From Bryobacterales bacterium (GTDB lineage Bacteria > Acidobacteriota > Terriglobia > Bryobacterales > Bryobacteraceae): DNA of 64,000 bases. Made by a program: the position numbers and the translations under genes. The notes beneath the pieces were generated by a model. The model saw nothing but the letters and a program-made list of their open reading frames with translations, had not been told where the DNA came from and did not search any database. The DNA lies in contig PMTR01000077.1 of NCBI GenBank assembly GCA_003167255.1, positions 21,546 through 85,545 on the forward strand. Direction: 5' to 3'. Below, one piece after another: positions 60,612 to 64,000 of this stretch (position 1 is the first letter of the stretch; each line of letters opens with the position of its first letter).

Positions 60612-62372
60612 CTACCGCGCGTCCGTGACCGTGAGCCGCCGGAAGTCCAGGGTTCGCCGCATTGAACCGTACTTCAGGATGAGGATCTCGGAGTCTACCG
60701 GGGCTTCCAGGAAGGGTCCGCCGAATAGCGGCCAGTGGGCGTAGTCGAGCGGAGCGCCGTCGGCGCTCGGGGTTTCGCCATACGTGAACTCCAGAATCCG
60801 TCCGCGCAAGGAATGGAAGCGGACGGAAGGCGTGGGTTCGAGCTGGAATTCGAGCGGCAGCGCGAGGATGGCGCCGCGGAACGCAGGCATATCGGCGAAC
60901 TCGCTGCGGGCGGCCACCTGCACCACGATTCCGTTCTTCAGGTAGGGGCTGAAAAGGCGCCGGCCGCCGCCTTCGATGGGCTTCCACGTGTATGGCTGCA
61001 GAGGGCGGCAGGCAATCAGGGCGTCGCCGCCGCGGGCGAAGATCCAGCCGGAGGGATCTTCGCTCACTTCCGCGAGGTCCTTCGAGAAGAAGCCGTTGAT
61101 GTGCGGAAAGCGGGCGCCGGGCGCGATATCGTACAGCGCGACGATGGTGTCCTGGTCCTGGAAAATCTTTTCGTAGGGAGAGCCGCCGACGAACTTGTCG
61201 GGCGAATCGTAGCTCTTTTTGGAACTGACCACGCCGGAGATGCCGATATCGGGGGGAAAGGTGAAGTAGGTTTCCAACTCGTGCAAGGACGAATGAGGGT
61301 TCAGGGTGAACAGCGTGTTCTCGACGCCACGCGGATCGGGAACGGACCAGGTGACGTCCCAGGAGTGTTCCTGAATGGGCTGCAGGGTGCCGCCCTGGTC
61401 GGAACTGACGGCGTATTCGCGGCGTACGTAGGTGGTCTTGTATACCGGGCCGTGCAACTCGTCGAAAAACCGCCATCGGTTGCGTGTGCGTTTGCGTTCG
61501 TAGTGAGTGTAAGGCTGCGAACGGTCGGTCGAAATGCGCTGGAGGATTTCCGGCGGCTGGTAGGCGCTTGCGACCACATAAAAGAGGATAGGGTTGGCCG
61601 GCGGCGAGAGCGGATGGCCCAGGCCGAATAGCACCCATCCGAAATCGCTCGAGGCCACATTCCACTTTTCGAGGACCTCGCGATCGTAGACGCGGGAATG
61701 CGCGCCGGCGTAGACGCCGTCCAGTTCTTCGGCGGCGTAATCGGCCGTGAGGTAGTCCAGCATCATGGTGGCGCGCTTCTGCATGGCTGGATCGCGGGCC
61801 CAGGCCGAGAGATAAGACATCGAGAGGAAGTACAGGCCCATGTAGTTGGGGCTGTCGTACTCGCCCTGCCCGCGCGTGGTGGTGAGACGCACCCACGATT
61901 CCAGCCAGCCGGCGGCTTCGCGCATGTTCTCGGCGGAGGATTTGCCGGTGTACCATTGGTCGCCATCCTGATCGGGCCAGAGTTGCGCCATCAGATAGAG
62001 CGAGGTGTAATACATGACCCAGTGATTCTCGGTGTCGCCCCGGTAGGGCATGTAAGTACGGAACGAATCGCGGAACGCGCGGCGGGCGGAATCGGTGAGT
62101 TGGCCGCGGTCCAGATAGGCGATGGCGGAGATGGGGTACATCCAGAACATGTCGCCGGTGGGAGCGTCGAGCAGTTCTTCCAGGCGGCGCGAGCACAAAG
62201 CCGGATCCTCATGCAGCCACAGCTTGGCTGCGATGTTGGCGTAGCCGAGCGGGCCGGAACCGGCGGGGTGCGCATAGGCCTCCACCACGGATCGGACGCG
62301 CTGCACGAAGGGCGGAGCCTGCGCGGGCAGGGAAAGCGGCAGCAACAGGCACAACCAGCGGAGTCGGGTCAT
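60612..62372 (-). CDS. Secreted hypothetical protein (helical N-terminal domain plus beta-rich C-terminal domain)
   Basis: 586-aa ORF with a signal peptide (LLLPLSLPAQA). No family recognised; its layout is reminiscent of polysaccharide-lyase-like proteins. Confidence 0.55.
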   Translation of the reverse strand: MTRLRWLCLLLPLSLPAQAPPFVQRVRSVVEAYAHPAGSGPLGYANIAAKLWLHEDPALCSRRLEELLDAPTGDMFWMYPISAIAYLDRGQLTDSARRAFRDSFRTYMPYRGDTENHWVMYYTSLYLMAQLWPDQDGDQWYTGKSSAENMREAAGWLESWVRLTTTRGQGEYDSPNYMGLYFLSMSYLSAWARDPAMQKRATMMLDYLTADYAAEELDGVYAGAHSRVYDREVLEKWNVASSDFGWVLFGLGHPLSPPANPILFYVVASAYQPPEILQRISTDRSQPYTHYERKRTRNRWRFFDELHGPVYKTTYVRREYAVSSDQGGTLQPIQEHSWDVTWSVPDPRGVENTLFTLNPHSSLHELETYFTFPPDIGISGVVSSKKSYDSPDKFVGGSPYEKIFQDQDTIVALYDIAPGARFPHINGFFSKDLAEVSEDPSGWIFARGGDALIACRPLQPYTWKPIEGGGRRLFSPYLKNGIVVQVAARSEFADMPAFRGAILALPLEFQLEPTPSVRFHSLRGRILEFTYGETPSADGAPLDYAHWPLFGGPFLEAPVDSEILILKYGSMRRTLDFRRLTVTDAR

Positions 62373-63358
62373 TGGCGTGGCGCCTCCGGGACGAACTTCA
62401 TGCGGAAGATGGAACTGCCCGCGAGGCCGTCTTTCGACCAGGTGCGGCCGTTGTCAGCGGAGACATAAATGGCGTCCTCGTGCACGCTGGTGTAGACGCG
62501 GCCGGGCTGGGCGGGATCGAAGACCACACTCCAAATGTTGGTCGCGGGAAGCCCGGCGTTGCGGGGCTGCCAGGTCTTGCCGCGGTCCTCGGTGAAGGCC
62601 ACGCCGACTCCCCAGCCGGCCACGGCAATGCGATTCGGAGAGGCCGGATCGAAGGCGATGTCGTAGAGGTTGCGGCCCACGCCCAGGTTTCCGTTGCTCT
62701 CAAAGCTGACGCCGCAATCGGTGGAGTCGAACAGGCCGCCGCCTTCGGTGGAGGCCAGCCAGTAGCAGGGATCGTGGGGCGATTGTTCGATGTGCAGAAC
62801 CTGGATGCCGGCGGCGCCGGCGAGGCGCCAGGACGTTCCACCGTCTTCGCTGCGGAGGATGCCTTGCTCGGTGCCGGCGACCAGGAAGCCGGCGCGGCGC
62901 GAATCCACGCGCAGAGCTGCCGTGTATTTGCGGCGCAGGCCGGAAGCGGCGTCATGCCACGTGGCGCCGCTATCATGACTCACTTGAATGCCGTGAGTGT
63001 GGCCGAAATAGATGGTGCCGGGAGCGTTGCGGTCGAGAGCAACGTCGAGCAATTCGGTCGAGTCGCTGCCGGTGAGGATCTTCCAGCGCTCGCCGCCGGC
63101 GAAAATGCGCAGCAGGCCGTTGCCGGCGGCGGCGTACACCACGGAGGGGTCGCGCGGATCGAAATCGAATGCGGTGATGAAAGGGTGATTGAAACCGGCG
63201 TGCCGCCATTCACCGCCCGCGGGCTTGAGGAAGATGCCGCTGGCCGGGAGTTTGGCGCCCACCACGTAGTCTTTGGAACTGGCCCCGCAAGTATAGAGGG
63301 TGTACTGGGCGGAAAGAGCAAACGGCAAGATTGCCAGCACGAGCAACCAGCGACCCAT
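62369..63358 (-). CDS. BNR/Asp-box repeat beta-propeller protein
   Basis: Signal peptide and Asp-boxes SHDSGATW, SEDGGTSW, STDCGVSF, TEDRGKTW and SADNGRTW. Confidence 0.7.
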   Translation of the reverse strand: MGRWLLVLAILPFALSAQYTLYTCGASSKDYVVGAKLPASGIFLKPAGGEWRHAGFNHPFITAFDFDPRDPSVVYAAAGNGLLRIFAGGERWKILTGSDSTELLDVALDRNAPGTIYFGHTHGIQVSHDSGATWHDAASGLRRKYTAALRVDSRRAGFLVAGTEQGILRSEDGGTSWRLAGAAGIQVLHIEQSPHDPCYWLASTEGGGLFDSTDCGVSFESNGNLGVGRNLYDIAFDPASPNRIAVAGWGVGVAFTEDRGKTWQPRNAGLPATNIWSVVFDPAQPGRVYTSVHEDAIYVSADNGRTWSKDGLAGSSIFRMKFVPEAPRQ

Positions 63359-63405
63359 GGCGGACTACTGTAGCATGCGTCGGGGTCCAACGCCGGGCAA
63401 GTGCC

Positions 63406-63828
63406 CTACATCGAATTGCCATCGCCTTCGTGCTGCTGCACGAACTCGAGGATGTCGAAGCGTTTCAGCTCCCGATCCGGGAAGAAGCTGTCCACCGCAT
63501 CGTGCTCATCGTTGAAGAACTCAAAGGTAATGGCCAGCTCAGTCAGCAGGAAAAGTTTCAGATGCGCCCGATTGACGTTTGCCAGCGCCAGCTTTCCACT
63601 AGCCTGGCGCAGCCTGGCGAGTCCAAATACCAACGTCCCCAGTCCAGTGCTGTCAATGTGGCTGACGTCTTTGAGATTTAACACGATATTAATGTTGCCG
63701 GATTGATGCAGTACCGATAGTCTGTCGCGCAGCTCCAAATCTCCATGACCTGAAGTGAGTGGGCCTTTCAGGTCAAGAATGACGATGCCTTCGCTTTCCC
63801 GTTGCTCGATGTGCAGACTCATAGTCAA
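63406..63828 (-). CDS. STAS-domain protein (anti-sigma-factor antagonist-like)
   Basis: GIVILDLKGPLTSG..NIVLNLKDVSHIDSTGLGTLV..GKLALANV is the SpoIIAA/STAS pattern. It has a ~30-aa C-terminal extension. Confidence 0.8.
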   Translation of the reverse strand: MTMSLHIEQRESEGIVILDLKGPLTSGHGDLELRDRLSVLHQSGNINIVLNLKDVSHIDSTGLGTLVFGLARLRQASGKLALANVNRAHLKLFLLTELAITFEFFNDEHDAVDSFFPDRELKRFDILEFVQQHEGDGNSM

Positions 63829-64000
63829 CCTTGTCCGGTACTCTCCAAAACTCTAAGCAGCAATCCGTTGCCCAGTCGTGGGCACCTTCGTTTTGTTTCA
63901 CCTGCGGGCCAATCGGCGCACTGGCGGACCGGGGAGTCCCACCGGCGCAAGGTGCAAAATCTGCACAGAACCCGGCAGTTGCTGCCAATTCTCCCGGCCG

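Overview
GC-rich bacterial chromosomal segment. The gene content looks Acidobacteria-like (VWFA-related acidobacterial-type domains, PadR-linked membrane proteins, typical intergenic repeat families), but this is inference with no database search. The left 7 kb is an accessory defence region. A type I restriction-modification locus (hsdS, 5'-truncated by the window edge, and hsdR) is split by a 2.4 kb array of type II toxin-antitoxin cassettes: intact higBA and parDE, plus several orphan antitoxins and toxin fragments. The array is bounded by a diverged duplication of the hsdS-3'/hsdR-5' junction. An iteron-like repeat array follows. The rest is mostly core genome. Plus strand: argF-argG-argH-argR with tandem ARG boxes, pgm, a CDF transporter, an orphan groES plus skp, citrate synthase, a Cys/Met PLP enzyme, alaS, ypdA-like, VIT1, malic enzyme, a VWA-sortase pair, a GT4/GH130/GT4/GH130 glycan cluster and a double-VWA protein. 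Minus strand: a PadR / N-terminally extended signal peptidase I module; a string running from a sigma-54 activator through SYLF, OmpA and two hypotheticals to groES-groEL; Zn-phospholipase C-like; and B12-radical SAM, MBL, a secreted hypothetical, a BNR propeller and STAS. I saw no rRNA, tRNA, CRISPR, transposase or integrase. Several short dispersed repeat families occupy intergenic gaps. Motif coordinates were counted by hand and may be off by 1-2 nt. All family assignments come from motif recognition, not searches.
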